Below are positions 46,392 through 57,061 of a DNA stretch of 64,000 bases, one piece after another; the stretch's first letter is position 1; every line of letters begins with the position of its first letter. The position numbers and the translations under genes were made by a program. Source of the DNA: Parvularculaceae bacterium (GTDB lineage: Bacteria > Pseudomonadota > Alphaproteobacteria > Caulobacterales > Parvularculaceae); NCBI GenBank assembly GCA_036724105.1, contig DAIMGF010000008.1, forward strand, positions 56,161 to 120,160, in the 5' to 3' direction. The notes under the pieces were generated by a model. The model was not told where the DNA came from. It did not search any database and saw only the letters and a program-made list of their open reading frames with translations.

Positions 46392-46859
46392 TTACTCACC
46401 ACCAAATACCTGAATCCGATTGCCATCAGGATCGAGAATAATCACTGAATGAAGCTGTAAGGCCTCATCCAGAAACACCTCGCCATTGCCGAAAAATTCA
46501 ACGCCGTCTTCGCGCCATTGCGCCACGCGCACATCGAAGTCGTCAAGAATAAACCCCGCCTTGAATAACCCGATGGTCCGCTCTGTATTCTCGGGCGCAG
46601 ACGGAATGAATTCGATAATTTCAACGATGCCCGCATCGCCTCTAAGGAGATGGATTTTGTAGGCATCGCCGGATAGCTCGCGCTGCAACTCAAGCTCGAA
46701 AGTTCGCTGATACCATTTGCTGCTTTCCTCGGCGCTGGAGGCGACAATGGCGATAAATCCGCCGGCCAAGCGTTCCCGTTCGGCGGGCGCCTCACTCGCA
46801 CATGCGCCAACGCCAAAAAAAATGAATAAAAAGGTCAAGACTGACAAAACTTTTGGCAT
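46392..46859 (-). CDS. VOC/glyoxalase-fold lipoprotein
   Basis: ATG at 46859, lipobox FFGVGAC-A, and the C-terminus HSVIILDPDGNRIQVFG, a typical VOC ending. Confidence 0.7.
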   Translation of the reverse strand: MPKVLSVLTFLFIFFGVGACASEAPAERERLAGGFIAIVASSAEESSKWYQRTFELELQRELSGDAYKIHLLRGDAGIVEIIEFIPSAPENTERTIGLFKAGFILDDFDVRVAQWREDGVEFFGNGEVFLDEALQLHSVIILDPDGNRIQVFGGE

Positions 46860-46977
46860 GGCGGGGCTCCGGTTCGGTATTTTCTGAATTACGAACGCAC
46901 GATAGCGCGGGGCGCCTTGCATGTCCCGCCTATAGGGATAAGACGGGCGTAAGAAACGGCGAAACGGGTAGCCCCGC

Positions 46978-48285
46978 ATGACCTATAACGAATACAACTT
47001 CGACGGCTTGATCGGTCCGACGCATAATTATGCGGGGCTTTCCTTCGGCAATATCGCATCCGTGACCAACAAGGGTGCGGCGTCGAACCCACGCGAGGCG
47101 GCGCTGCAGGGCCTTCAGAAAATGCGCGCGGCCATGGAATTAGGATTGAAGCAGGGGTTCCTGCCGCCGCAGGATCGCCCGCATCTGAAAACCTTGCGCG
47201 CGCTGGGGTTTTCAGGTTCCGACAAACAGGTCGTTGAAAAGGCGGCGAAGACAGAGCCGCAACTGCTCGCCAACTGCTTCGCCGCATCTTCCATGTGGAC
47301 GGCGAATGCCGGAACCGTCGCGCCGTCGCCCGACACGGGAGACGGCAAGGTGCATTTCACGGCAGCGAACCTGGCGGCGAATTTCCATCGGTCCATCGAG
47401 GCCGATACGACGTCGCGTGTTCTCAAACATGTTTTCAAAGACGATAGATTTTTCGTCCACCATCCGCCGCTGCCGGGCGCCATCCATTTCGGCGATGAGG
47501 GTGCGGCGAACCACGGACGGCTTTGTGAAAGCCACGGCGATACGGGTGTTCATTTGTTCGTTTACGGCGAAGACGGCGAGAAGTTTCCCGCGCGCCAGAA
47601 AAAACGCGCTAGCGAAGCGGTCTCCCGCAATCACCTGCTCGATCCCGCGCAAACCGTATTCGTTCAACAATCGGCAACCGCGCTCGATGCGGGCGCGTTC
47701 CACAACGATGTGGTCGGGGTCGCCAACGGGACCGTGCTGTTCCTGCATGAGCAAAGTTTTGCCGACCGCGAAGGCGCCTACGCCGCGATCCGCGAGAAGG
47801 CGCCGTTTGTTGAAATCGTCGAGGCGCCGGCATCCGCCGTTTCGCTCGACGACTGCATCAAATCCTATCTATTCAACTCACAGCTTTTTACACTACCAGG
47901 CGGTGAGATGGCATTGCTCCTGCCGCAGGAGTCGGAAGAAAACGAACGCGTCAAAGCCTTCGTCGATGAAACGCTTTCAAAAAACAACCCGATCAACCGC
48001 GTCATCTACAAGAACGTGCGCGAGTCCATGCGCAATGGCGGCGGCCCGGCATGTCTGCGCCTGCGTGTCGTTCTGTCGGAACAGGAAGCGGCGGCGGCGG
48101 ATCAGCAATTCATTCTCGATGACGCTAAAATATCGGCGCTAGAAACTCTTGTAAAAGCGCACTACCGCGACCGCATATTGCCGGAAGATCTCGCCGACCC
48201 GGCGCTGATGGATGAGAGCTTCGCCGTCATGCAGGCCCTCACGGACCTCCTCGGTATGGGCGATTTTTACGATTGCCAGCGGTAG
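46978..48285 (+). CDS. astB: N-succinylarginine dihydrolase
   Basis: MTYNEYNFDGLIGPTHNYAGLSFGNIAS...GGGPACLRLRVVL is canonical AstB. Confidence 0.95.
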   Translation: MTYNEYNFDGLIGPTHNYAGLSFGNIASVTNKGAASNPREAALQGLQKMRAAMELGLKQGFLPPQDRPHLKTLRALGFSGSDKQVVEKAAKTEPQLLANCFAASSMWTANAGTVAPSPDTGDGKVHFTAANLAANFHRSIEADTTSRVLKHVFKDDRFFVHHPPLPGAIHFGDEGAANHGRLCESHGDTGVHLFVYGEDGEKFPARQKKRASEAVSRNHLLDPAQTVFVQQSATALDAGAFHNDVVGVANGTVLFLHEQSFADREGAYAAIREKAPFVEIVEAPASAVSLDDCIKSYLFNSQLFTLPGGEMALLLPQESEENERVKAFVDETLSKNNPINRVIYKNVRESMRNGGGPACLRLRVVLSEQEAAAADQQFILDDAKISALETLVKAHYRDRILPEDLADPALMDESFAVMQALTDLLGMGDFYDCQR

Positions 48286-48392
48286 CATTTTGAAAATGTG
48301 CCGAATTGATACGGTTCAACGCCCTTCAGGTAGGCAGGCGTTAAGAACTCCCTTCTAGGTTCTGTCCAAAGCGTATTGTCGGGAGCTGCGCA

Positions 48393-50222
48393 ATGGATAA
48401 CGCCATGCCCGGGGGTGAGCGGGCCGGCCATGCCCTCGAACCTTCGGTTCTTTCGGGGTTGATCGCTACCGCGCAAACGCGGCGGCATCAGCTTGCGACG
48501 CGTTTCATTATTGCGGGCGTCGGGGCCTGCATTCTCTGGGCGGCTGTCAGTCCGGTTCTTTCCTGCGCGTGGTTTTTTGCGGTGAGCGTCAGCCAAATGG
48601 TCGACAATCACTTCTGGAAACCATTCCGCGACCCAATGCGGGTAAAGCCGGCGACCAAGTCTGAATGGATTGCCTTATGCGCAAACGGCGCGCAGGCCTC
48701 ATTCATCTACTCATTTTTTCCGGTGCTGCTTTGGTGTCTGTGGGGCAATGCGGGAAAAATGTTCGCCATATTATGGCTCGCCGGCGCGCTATTGCATGTC
48801 ACAATGCATATGCACCACGAAAAGCGCACGTTCTTCTCGTCCATTATCCCGCACTCAATCTATTTCTTTGGATTGCCGCTTTATTCCGTAGCGACGAACG
48901 CCGAGCCGGGGCGCGTTGGCGCGTCTGCATTGATTGTGGCCGGGCTATTGTACGTTTCGCATCTGGCTGTCGCCTTTAAGGAGTATCAGTCAGCAAGCGC
49001 CGGCATGCGTCAGTCGCGTGAAGAAGCACTGAAACGGCAGGCGGTTGCAGAACAGGCGAGCGAAGCGAAGTCAGCGTTTCTCGCCAATATGAGCCACGAA
49101 ATCAGAACGCCTATGAACGGCATTCTCGGTATGGCGGATGCTCTCGATAAAGATGAGCTGACGCCCGCGCAGCGAGACAAGCTTCGCGCCATTCGCGATT
49201 CCGGCGACCTGATGCTGATGCTGCTCAATGATTTGCTTGATCTTTCGAAAATCGAAGCCAACCGAATTGAGCTTGAAAAAGCGCCGTTCACTTTCGGCGA
49301 TATTGCGCGCAAAGTTGAAAACCTTCACAGCGCGAACGCACAAGGCAAAGGCCTTTCTTTCTCAATCAAGTGCGAATGTGATCCGCAAAAATCACGGCTG
49401 GGCGACGGCCATCGTCTTTTACAGGTTCTGCACAACCTTGTCGCAAATGCCATCAAGTTTACTGAACAGGGATCTGTTCGAGTCACCATTTCAACGCATC
49501 CGCTAACCAAAGACAAAGCGAGGATTGAAGTCATCGACACGGGTATTGGCATTACAAAAAAACAGGCCGTGCGAATTTTTGAACCGTTCACGCAGGCGGA
49601 TGCTTCAACCACGCGCAAGTTTGGCGGCACAGGCTTAGGGCTCTCGATCGCCAAAGGGCTTGTAGAGGCTATGGGGGGAGAGATAACCGTGCGCTCGAAG
49701 CCCGGTGAAGGCTCACGCTTTATCGTCGAGTTTCCGGCGCCACGGATTGAAGGCGCGAATAATAGCGATGGGGCCCGGAACAGCGCTGGCGACGCTGTCG
49801 AGACGACATCAGGGCTGCGCATACTCGCCGGCGAAGACAATGCGGTGAACCAGGCTGTGCTCGGCGCGTTTCTTAAAGAGCGAAATCATGACGTGTATTT
49901 TGCCGCTGACGGACTCGCCGTAGTCGAAGCATTCAAGAACAGCGCCTTTGATTTTGTTTTAATGGACATTTCGATGCCGGTGCTCGACGGGCCGGAAGCA
50001 TTGCGTCAAATCCGGTTTCTTGAAAGAGAGCGTGGCGCAAAGTCCGCGACGCCGGTAATTGCGGTCTCGGCGCACGCCATGCCGCAACAGATCGAAGAAT
50101 ATCTGGCCATGGGCTTCGACGGTTACGTCACAAAGCCGCTTCGTTCTGAACATCTGCACGGTGAAATCGAACGCGTACTTTCAGACCGAAGAGAAAAACC
50201 GGAACAGTTTAAGGTCGCTTAG
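48393..50222 (+). CDS. hybrid sensor histidine kinase/response regulator with polytopic N-terminal domain
   Basis: About 6 TM helices, then the H-box [14 protein letters not shown], the N/G boxes ([25 protein letters not shown]) and a C-terminal receiver domain ([14 protein letters not shown]). Confidence 0.9.
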   Translation: MDNAMPGGERAGHALEPSVLSGLIATAQTRRHQLATRFIIAGVGACILWAAVSPVLSCAWFFAVSVSQMVDNHFWKPFRDPMRVKPATKSEWIALCANGAQASFIYSFFPVLLWCLWGNAGKMFAILWLAGALLHVTMHMHHEKRTFFSSIIPHSIYFFGLPLYSVATNAEPGRVGASALIVAGLLYVSHLAVAFKEYQSASAGMRQSREEALKRQAVAEQASEAKSAFLANMSHEIRTPMNGILGMADALDKDELTPAQRDKLRAIRDSGDLMLMLLNDLLDLSKIEANRIELEKAPFTFGDIARKVENLHSANAQGKGLSFSIKCECDPQKSRLGDGHRLLQVLHNLVANAIKFTEQGSVRVTISTHPLTKDKARIEVIDTGIGITKKQAVRIFEPFTQADASTTRKFGGTGLGLSIAKGLVEAMGGEITVRSKPGEGSRFIVEFPAPRIEGANNSDGARNSAGDAVETTSGLRILAGEDNAVNQAVLGAFLKERNHDVYFAADGLAVVEAFKNSAFDFVLMDISMPVLDGPEALRQIRFLERERGAKSATPVIAVSAHAMPQQIEEYLAMGFDGYVTKPLRSEHLHGEIERVLSDRREKPEQFKVA

Positions 50223-50695
50223 CGGATCAGTGACTGCGGGAGCGGCGTGACGACTTTGCGCGTCACCTCGCGAAGCGTAAAGCTGGACTCGACGGTTGCA
50301 ATATTCGGCATACGGAGCATAGTTTCCGACAGAAATGTTTCATATGTCGCCAGTGACGGCACGACGACGCGAATGAAATAGTCGAACTTGCCGGTGACCA
50401 GATAGCACTCCATTACCTCTTCACGGTCCTTGATCGCCGCTTCGAATTCGCGAAGCGTTTTATCATCTTCACGTTCAAGCTTGACGAGAATGATCACCGT
50501 CACATTGACGCCGAGCGCCTCGCGATTGATCTCAGTACGGTAGCCCTTGATGATCCCTTCGGTTTCGAGCCGCCTCAGTCGTCTGAGGCATGGCGTCGGC
50601 GACAGACCGACACGCTCGGCGAGCTCCGCATTGGTGATGCGCGCATTTTCCTGCAGGTGCTTCAGGATCTTGTGGTCGATATGGTCGAGTTTCAT
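50219..50695 (-). CDS. Lrp/AsnC family transcriptional regulator
   Basis: [49 protein letters not shown] is the HTH followed by a RAM domain. It is divergent from the leucine dehydrogenase gene (a BkdR-like arrangement). Confidence 0.9.
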   Translation of the reverse strand: MKLDHIDHKILKHLQENARITNAELAERVGLSPTPCLRRLRRLETEGIIKGYRTEINREALGVNVTVIILVKLEREDDKTLREFEAAIKDREEVMECYLVTGKFDYFIRVVVPSLATYETFLSETMLRMPNIATVESSFTLREVTRKVVTPLPQSLIR

Positions 50696-50871
50696 AGGTC
50701 CGGTTCCGCTAATATAACCTGTATTTAGCATTATATGCTAAGCGTCAAGCGTAAAAGCCCCATCTTTGACCGGAAGCGCTCGGCGGTTTGCGCTAGGAGA
50801 GGGCGGCGTGGAACGTCCCCGCACGCCTGTGAACCTTTAAAAATTGAATACATCAAGGAAGGATCGCCCGG

Positions 50872-51921
50872 ATGGAGTCTCGAGTTCTGGACGTCGATGG
50901 CTGGCAAAAAGTCGTGCATTTTGAAGACGAAACGTCGGGGCTGAAGGCGATTATCGCGGTTCATGACGCGACGCTGGGGCCGGGATGCGGCGGCTGCCGG
51001 ATTTTTCCTTATGCGAGTTTCGAGGCGGGTCTTGAGGACGTCAAAAATCTTTCCCGCGGCATGACTTACAAAAACGCGCTGGGCGGGATTCCGTTCGGCG
51101 GGGGCAAGGCGGTGATCTTCGCCGATCCGAAAACCGACAAGACCCCTGAAATGCTGAAAGCCTTTGGCAAGGCGGTCGATAGTCTCGCCGGGCTTTACTA
51201 CACGGCCGAAGATTCGGGCGTTACGGAGGCTGACTTGGCGCTGGTGCGGTCCGTCACGAAATACGCGGCCGGCATGGAAGACAAGGGCATCGGCGGAAAC
51301 CCTTCGCCATTTACGGCGCGTGGCGTGTGGCGCGGCATGCAGGCGGCGGCGAGGGCAAAGCTCGGCGCAGAGTCCTTGGAAGGCCTTTCTGTTTCAATCC
51401 TCGGGGTCGGTGCCGTCGGCATGGAGCTGGCGCGGCTCGTCCACGAAGAAGACGGCAAACTGGTGGTGGCGGACGTCAACCCGACCGCCATGAAGGAAGC
51501 AGTGGAGCGCTTTGGCGCGGAAACGGCCACGCCGGAGGAGGCGATCGCCCTAGATGTCGATATCTTTGCGCCCTGCGCGCTGGGCGGTTCAATCAACGCC
51601 GGTACGATTGAGCGGCTGAAAGCGAAAATCGTCGCCGGCGCGGCGAATAACCAGCTCAAAACGCCGGATATGGATCAGGCGTTGTTGAATAAAGGCATCC
51701 TTTATTGCCCGGATTACGTCATCAATGCCGCCGGCGTGATCAGCGTTGGCCTTGAAATCCTCGGTAAGTGGACCACAGATGAAATGAACCGGCGTATCGA
51801 CAAGATCGGCGATACGCTAAAGGACATCTTCGACCGCTCCGAGGCGGAAGGCGCGCCGACAGGCGCAGTTGCGGACCGTATGGCGATGGAAGTTATAACA
51901 AAGGCTAGGAAAGCTGCATGA
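50872..51921 (+). CDS. leucine (Leu/Val/Phe) dehydrogenase
   Basis: LGPGCGGCRIFPY...MTYKNALGGIPFGGGKAVI is the Glu/Leu/Phe/Val dehydrogenase active-site region, and GVGAVG is the Rossmann motif. Confidence 0.88.
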   Translation: MESRVLDVDGWQKVVHFEDETSGLKAIIAVHDATLGPGCGGCRIFPYASFEAGLEDVKNLSRGMTYKNALGGIPFGGGKAVIFADPKTDKTPEMLKAFGKAVDSLAGLYYTAEDSGVTEADLALVRSVTKYAAGMEDKGIGGNPSPFTARGVWRGMQAAARAKLGAESLEGLSVSILGVGAVGMELARLVHEEDGKLVVADVNPTAMKEAVERFGAETATPEEAIALDVDIFAPCALGGSINAGTIERLKAKIVAGAANNQLKTPDMDQALLNKGILYCPDYVINAAGVISVGLEILGKWTTDEMNRRIDKIGDTLKDIFDRSEAEGAPTGAVADRMAMEVITKARKAA

Positions 51922-52226
51922 CAATATTGCGCGAATGGCGCGGACGGGCGGAACCGGAAAAGGAGGGAGCGGTTCTCGAGCACTACAGAAAAAACCTGAA
52001 ACCGTTCATGACGTCTGCGCCGGGCTTTCTCGGCGCGTCGCTGGGCAGCCGCAGCCTTGGCGGGCTGGTTGAGTTCGTCCTGATCACCGAGTGGCGCGAT
52101 ATGGAATCGGTCAAGGCCTTTGCGGGACCCGCCCCGGAAAAAGCCGTCCTGCCCGATGGAACCAAAGATGTGATTGGAGATTCCGACAGCTTCGTTCGGC
52201 TCTACGAAATTATCGATCAAAGCTGA
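51918..52226 (+). CDS. ABM/Dabb-fold (antibiotic biosynthesis monooxygenase-like) protein
   Basis: A 102-aa protein with an ATGA overlap with the upstream gene. EFVLITEWRDMESVKAF fits the ferredoxin-like ABM pattern. Confidence 0.65.
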   Translation: MTILREWRGRAEPEKEGAVLEHYRKNLKPFMTSAPGFLGASLGSRSLGGLVEFVLITEWRDMESVKAFAGPAPEKAVLPDGTKDVIGDSDSFVRLYEIIDQS

Positions 52227-52306
52227 TCGCGCCGCGCCGCCGCCCGGCTTGCATCGTGCTTCCGGTACGCGCACATAATACCGCCTGAATTCAAAGGAGA
52301 CATCCA

Positions 52307-53494
52307 ATGACCCAAGCTGATCCCATCGTCATCGCCGGCATGGCGAGGACGCCCATTGGCAATTTCCTCGGCGCCTTTGCGAGCGTGAAGGCGACAGAGC
52401 TCGGAACCAACGCGATCAAGGCGGCGCTGGAGCGCGGGCAGGTTAAAGCTGACGACGTGGATGAAGTCCTCATGGGTTGCGTCCTGCCGGCGGGTCTCGG
52501 CCAGGCGCCGGCGCGTCAGGCGTCCCTCGGCGCAGGCATCCCGCAATCGGCCGGCTGCGTCACCATCAATAAGGTCTGCGGGTCGGGCATGAAAACCGTG
52601 ATGATGGCGCATGATGCGATCCTTGCCGGTTCAGCGGAAGTGGTCGTTGCAGGCGGCATGGAGTCCATGACCGGCGCGCCGCATCTACTTCCCACAGGCC
52701 GTAGCGGTATCAAGTTCGGCGCGGGTCAGGTGTTTGACCACATGGCCTATGACGGGCTTGAAGACCCCTACACCAACCACACCGCCATGGGCGTCTTCGC
52801 CGAAAAATGCGCGCGCGAGTGGCAATTTTCGCGTGAGGAACAAGACGAATACTCCATGCGTTCGGTGACCCGCGCACAGGACGCTATCAAGACTGGCAAG
52901 TTCAAGGACGAAATCGTCTCTGTAGAAGTGGCGGGCCGGAAAGGTTCTGTTACGGTCTCCGACGATGAAAAACCGGGCCTGGTTGACGCGTCGAAAATTC
53001 CGGGCCTGCGCCCGGCTTTCGAAAAAGACGGCACGGTGACAGCAGGTTCTTCGTCCGCAATTTCCGACGGCGCCGCGGCGCTGGTCGTGATGCGCCAGTC
53101 CGAGGCGGAAAAGCGCGGCGCCAAGCCGATTGCGCGGATCGTCGGGCATTCGACCCAAAGCCAGGAACCGGAATGGTTCACGACAGCGCCGGTGGGCTCG
53201 ATCAAGACGCTGCTCGACAAGGTCGGCTGGTCAGCCGCTGACGTCGATCTATACGAAGTCAACGAAGCCTTCGCCGTCGTGCCTATGGCGGTGATGCGCG
53301 AGCATAAAATCCCGGCTGAAAAAATGAACATTCACGGCGGCGGCATCGCGCTCGGCCACCCGATCGGCGCTTCCGGCGCGCGCATCATCGTGACGCTTAT
53401 AAATGCTTTGCAACAGACTGGCGGCAAAAAGGGCGTTGCCTCGCTCTGCATTGGCGGCGGCGAAGCGACCAGCGTTGCGGTTGAACTTTTCTAA
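52307..53494 (+). CDS. acetyl-CoA C-acetyltransferase (thiolase II)
   Basis: INKVCGSGMK (active-site Cys), NIHGGGIALGHPIGASGARI, and LCIGGGEA near the C-terminus. Confidence 0.95.
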   Translation: MTQADPIVIAGMARTPIGNFLGAFASVKATELGTNAIKAALERGQVKADDVDEVLMGCVLPAGLGQAPARQASLGAGIPQSAGCVTINKVCGSGMKTVMMAHDAILAGSAEVVVAGGMESMTGAPHLLPTGRSGIKFGAGQVFDHMAYDGLEDPYTNHTAMGVFAEKCAREWQFSREEQDEYSMRSVTRAQDAIKTGKFKDEIVSVEVAGRKGSVTVSDDEKPGLVDASKIPGLRPAFEKDGTVTAGSSSAISDGAAALVVMRQSEAEKRGAKPIARIVGHSTQSQEPEWFTTAPVGSIKTLLDKVGWSAADVDLYEVNEAFAVVPMAVMREHKIPAEKMNIHGGGIALGHPIGASGARIIVTLINALQQTGGKKGVASLCIGGGEATSVAVELF

Positions 53495-54450
53495 TGCAGA
53501 AAGTTCAACGGCATTGGCTGCTGCTTGGCATGCTGGGGTTGCTTCTGACTGCGGTTGCTGCCTGCTCTAATGACGCGCGCAGTGAAAGCGGCGCAGCGAT
53601 AAATGCCGTAACCCAGTCGGTATCGGAAACGCCGTTTCGTTTCATCAAAAACCAGGTTCTCGTGGAAGTGATGATCAACGACGAGGGGCCATTCACGTTT
53701 CTGGTCGATACGGGCGTGACGCCGTCGGTGATCGATATAGACCTCGCACGTCAGTTAGATTTTCCGATCGACGATGAGAACGCCGGGCTTGCGGCGGGCG
53801 CGGGTTCGAACGATGTGCAAATTTTTCCGACGACGATGACGGGCCTGGTGGTCGCCGGGGAGACTCTCGAAGAGCTTCCTGCCGTCGCAGCGCCCATCAC
53901 AGCGGGCCTTAGCAGCAAGATCGGCGAACCGCTGCACGGTATTCTCGGTTACGCCTTTCTCAGGTCCCGCGCAGTTCGTTTTGACTATGTCGATCATCGC
54001 CTATCCTTCGCGCCGTCGGCGTCGTCTTTTGAGCAGGAAATAAGTGATGCCGATTTTGTCATGCCGCTGCGTTTCGGCGAGGGTGACATCATGCCGATCG
54101 CCGATGTGACGATCGCCGGCGAGACTTTTGTCGCCTCCATCGACACGGGCTCGTCGCTTGGCCTCGAAGTGTTTGCTGATGCGGTCGATCGGCTGGGCCT
54201 TGCTGAAACGGTAAGCGGCTGGGAGCGCGGCCAGATCACCGGGGCGCGTGGCGCCGCCGAGATTTTCAACGGTTCGCTTCAGCAAGCGACGATCGGTCCG
54301 CTGGTCTTTCACGATATTTCGGCTAGCGTCGGTCCGCGCAGGGGCGGCGATTACCGGGACGGTAACATCGGCAACGAGATGTGGGACGGCTACGTCGTGA
54401 TCTTTGACTACGTCGATGAGCGGGTCGCTTTTATAAAATCGGTTGAATAG
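53494..54450 (+). CDS. retropepsin-like aspartic protease lipoprotein
   Basis: Lipobox AVAAC-S and two DTG motifs (FLVDTGVTPS, SIDTGSSLG). The start overlaps the thiolase stop (TAATG). Confidence 0.7.
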   Translation: MQKVQRHWLLLGMLGLLLTAVAACSNDARSESGAAINAVTQSVSETPFRFIKNQVLVEVMINDEGPFTFLVDTGVTPSVIDIDLARQLDFPIDDENAGLAAGAGSNDVQIFPTTMTGLVVAGETLEELPAVAAPITAGLSSKIGEPLHGILGYAFLRSRAVRFDYVDHRLSFAPSASSFEQEISDADFVMPLRFGEGDIMPIADVTIAGETFVASIDTGSSLGLEVFADAVDRLGLAETVSGWERGQITGARGAAEIFNGSLQQATIGPLVFHDISASVGPRRGGDYRDGNIGNEMWDGYVVIFDYVDERVAFIKSVE

Positions 54451-54474
54451 GTCCGCACCCGAGGAGCAACAGGA

Positions 54475-55653
54475 ATGACCTCTAAACAAACCTACGACTG
54501 GCAGGACCCGCTTCTGCTGGAAACGCAACTCACTGACGAAGAGAAAATGATCCGCGATGCTGCGCGCGGTTATGCGCAGGACAAGCTGATGCCGCGCGTT
54601 ATCTCCGCCAATCGCGAGGAGCGTTTTGACCGCGAGATCATGACCGAGATGGGCGCGCAGGGGCTGATCGGCGCGACCGTGGCCGAAGAATATGGCGGCG
54701 GCGGCGGTTCCCACGTCGCCTATGGCCTCATCGCGCGAGAGATCGAGCGTGTAGATTCAGGCTACCGTTCCGCCATGTCGGTGCAGTCCTCGCTGGTGAT
54801 GTATCCGATTGAGGCGTTTGGCACGGAGGAACAGAAGAAAAAATACCTGCCCAAGCTTGCGACAGGCGAGTGGGTGGGTTGTTTCGGCCTGACCGAAAGC
54901 GACGGCGGCTCCGACCCCGGCGCCATGCGCACCAAGGCCGAGAAAGTTTCGGATGGTTACAAGCTCAACGGTTCGAAAATGTGGATCACCAATTCCCCCA
55001 TCGCTGACCTGGCGGTCGTGTGGGCGAAGCTCGATGGCGAAATTCGGGGTTTCATCGTTGAGCGGGGCACGGACGGTTTTAAAACGCCGAAAATCGAAGG
55101 AAAACTTTCCCTGCGCACATCGATCACCGGCGAGATCGCACTCGATGATGCTGTCATACCGGAAGAAAATCTGTTGCCGAATGTGAAGGGGCTCAAGGGC
55201 CCTTTCTCATGCCTCAACAAGGCGCGTTACGGCATCGCATGGGGCTCTATGGGCGCAGCGGAATTCTGTTGGATCGCTTCGCGCGACTACGCCATGGATC
55301 GCGTGGTGTTCGGCAAACCTATCGCGGGAACGCAGCTCGTTCAGAAAAAACTGGCGGACATGGCGACGGACATAACGCTCGGGCTTCAGGGCGCGCTACA
55401 ACTCGGCCGCCTGCTCGACAGCGGCGCCTATGTGCCGGAGGCCATCTCCATGATGAAGCGCAACAACTGCGGTAAGGCGCTCGAAATTGCACGCATCGCC
55501 CGCGACATCCATGGCGGCAATGGCATTTCGGACGAATATCATGTCCTGCGTCACGCCATGAATCTCGAGACCGTCAATACGTATGAAGGCACGCACGATA
55601 TTCACGCGCTCATCCTCGGGCGCGCCATGACCGGCCTTCAGGCGTTTGCGTAA
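54475..55653 (+). CDS. gcdH: glutaryl-CoA dehydrogenase
   Basis: The acyl-CoA dehydrogenase fold with the GCDH-type N-terminus [22 protein letters not shown] and [14 protein letters not shown]. Confidence 0.88.
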   Translation: MTSKQTYDWQDPLLLETQLTDEEKMIRDAARGYAQDKLMPRVISANREERFDREIMTEMGAQGLIGATVAEEYGGGGGSHVAYGLIAREIERVDSGYRSAMSVQSSLVMYPIEAFGTEEQKKKYLPKLATGEWVGCFGLTESDGGSDPGAMRTKAEKVSDGYKLNGSKMWITNSPIADLAVVWAKLDGEIRGFIVERGTDGFKTPKIEGKLSLRTSITGEIALDDAVIPEENLLPNVKGLKGPFSCLNKARYGIAWGSMGAAEFCWIASRDYAMDRVVFGKPIAGTQLVQKKLADMATDITLGLQGALQLGRLLDSGAYVPEAISMMKRNNCGKALEIARIARDIHGGNGISDEYHVLRHAMNLETVNTYEGTHDIHALILGRAMTGLQAFA

Positions 55654-55674
55654 AATTCAGCAACCAGACAAAGT

Positions 55675-55769
55675 CAGCGCCGGCCGCTCAAACTGATGTC
55701 GGGCGTACCGGCGCTGGCGCCGTCCAAAGGCCGTTTCCTCCACGGGGGCGTTTCCTCCGAGGACGGCGC
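55675..55769 (+). other. two abutting GC-rich hairpins with duplicated UUUCCUCC motif (candidate structured RNA; strand uncertain)
   Basis: Stem 1 is cagcgccgg (55675-83) paired with ccggcgctg (55708-16). Stem 2 is gcgccgtcc (55717-25) paired with ggacggcgc (55761-69), enclosing cgtttcctcc twice. Confidence 0.3.
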
Positions 55770-55884
55770 AAACGCTTCTGGCTCTCCCCAAGCGCTTTCT
55801 CTCGTCCCCTTGTGGAAATTAACATCGGGTGCAAAAGAGTCACGCTGCAGGCGCGAAAAACGGCGCGGCTTCAAGGCAACACTT

Positions 55885-56946
55885 TCATGATTTTCCGCCA
55901 ATCTGGGCCTGCAAATCCTTTGCAGATGTCGTGTGCTGGAACTTCAGCTTTTTGTCCGGGAAAACGTAGTGAAATGCGCCATGGGACATGAGCGCGGATT
56001 CATGAAAGCCCGACAGGATCAGTTTCAGCTTGCCCGGATAATAGGCCATATCGCCGATGCAGAAGATGCCGGGTACGGAGGTTTCAAACTTCTCCGTATC
56101 AACCTCGACCCGGTTTTCCGCGAAATTTAAACCGAAATCCGCGATAGGTCCGAGCTTCATTGTAAGGCCGTAAAAGGCGAGCAGCGTGTTGCAGGGCAGG
56201 TCGTGTTCGCCGTCTTCTTTTGATTCCACGGAAACGGACTCAATCTGGCCGCCGTCGCCGTTAAGGCCCTTGATCTGCGACACATGAAAATCGATTCTGC
56301 CGGCGTCGACCAGCGCCTTCATTTTGTCGACGCTGTCGGGCGCGGCGCGAAAGTCAGGGCGCCGGTGAATGAGCGTGATCTTTTCCGCAATGGGTTCGAG
56401 GTTCAGCGTCCAGTCAAGCGCGGAGTCCCCGCCGCCGGCGATGATGATATTCTTGCCCTTGAACGCATCGCGCTGACGCACGGCGTAGAACACTGACTGG
56501 CCTTCGAAATCTTCGACGCCGGGGATCGGCGGTTTTTTCGGCTGGAACGAACCGCCGCCCGCGGCGATGCAGATGACCGGCGCGGTAATCGTTGTGCCGA
56601 GATCGGTTTCGATTTTCCATTTGCCGTCCGGCGACTTGCCGAGCCCTGTCGCCATTTCATTCAAATGGAACGTCGCGCCGAAGGGCTTAATTTGGTCGAT
56701 CAGCTGTTTCGTCAGTTGCTCGCCGGTGATGGTCTTGATCGCCGGAATATCGAGGATCGGTTTTTCCGGATAAAGCTCGGTGCATTGCCCGCCGGGTTTG
56801 TCGAGAATGTCGATTACATGGGCCTTGATGTTCAAAAGCCCGAGTTCGAAGACGGCGAAGAGGCCGCAGGGCCCGGCGCCGATAATGATAACATCGGTCT
56901 CGTGCGCCCCGCCGGGCGGCGCGCTTTCAACGAGATTAGCGGCCAT
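55885..56946 (-). CDS. ferredoxin-NADP+ reductase, thioredoxin-reductase-like type
   Basis: The ATG at 56946 has GGGAGGG upstream. Carries DVIIIGAGPCGLFAVFELG, GGQCTELYPEKPILDIP and a second GGGDSALD dinucleotide motif. The upstream 116 codons of the track ORF look non-coding. Confidence 0.88.
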   Translation of the reverse strand: MAANLVESAPPGGAHETDVIIIGAGPCGLFAVFELGLLNIKAHVIDILDKPGGQCTELYPEKPILDIPAIKTITGEQLTKQLIDQIKPFGATFHLNEMATGLGKSPDGKWKIETDLGTTITAPVICIAAGGGSFQPKKPPIPGVEDFEGQSVFYAVRQRDAFKGKNIIIAGGGDSALDWTLNLEPIAEKITLIHRRPDFRAAPDSVDKMKALVDAGRIDFHVSQIKGLNGDGGQIESVSVESKEDGEHDLPCNTLLAFYGLTMKLGPIADFGLNFAENRVEVDTEKFETSVPGIFCIGDMAYYPGKLKLILSGFHESALMSHGAFHYVFPDKKLKFQHTTSAKDLQAQIGGKS

Positions 56947-57061
56947 TCGGACGATCCCTCCCGATTTTTTAAAGGAGGCTAACCGAGTTTGGCGGCGTGA
57001 GGAAAGGGGGGCGGGGAAGCGTTGACGTACGGCGCGCGATCGCTTCAACTTGGGAGCGAAT

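Noticed and set aside
55674-55901. The 64-75-aa ORFs on both strands of the gcdH / FNR convergent spacer.
   Set aside because: They have no Shine-Dalgarno sequences, low-complexity translations, and overlap the strong hairpins. The region is better explained as structured non-coding sequence (see the finding at 55675-55769).
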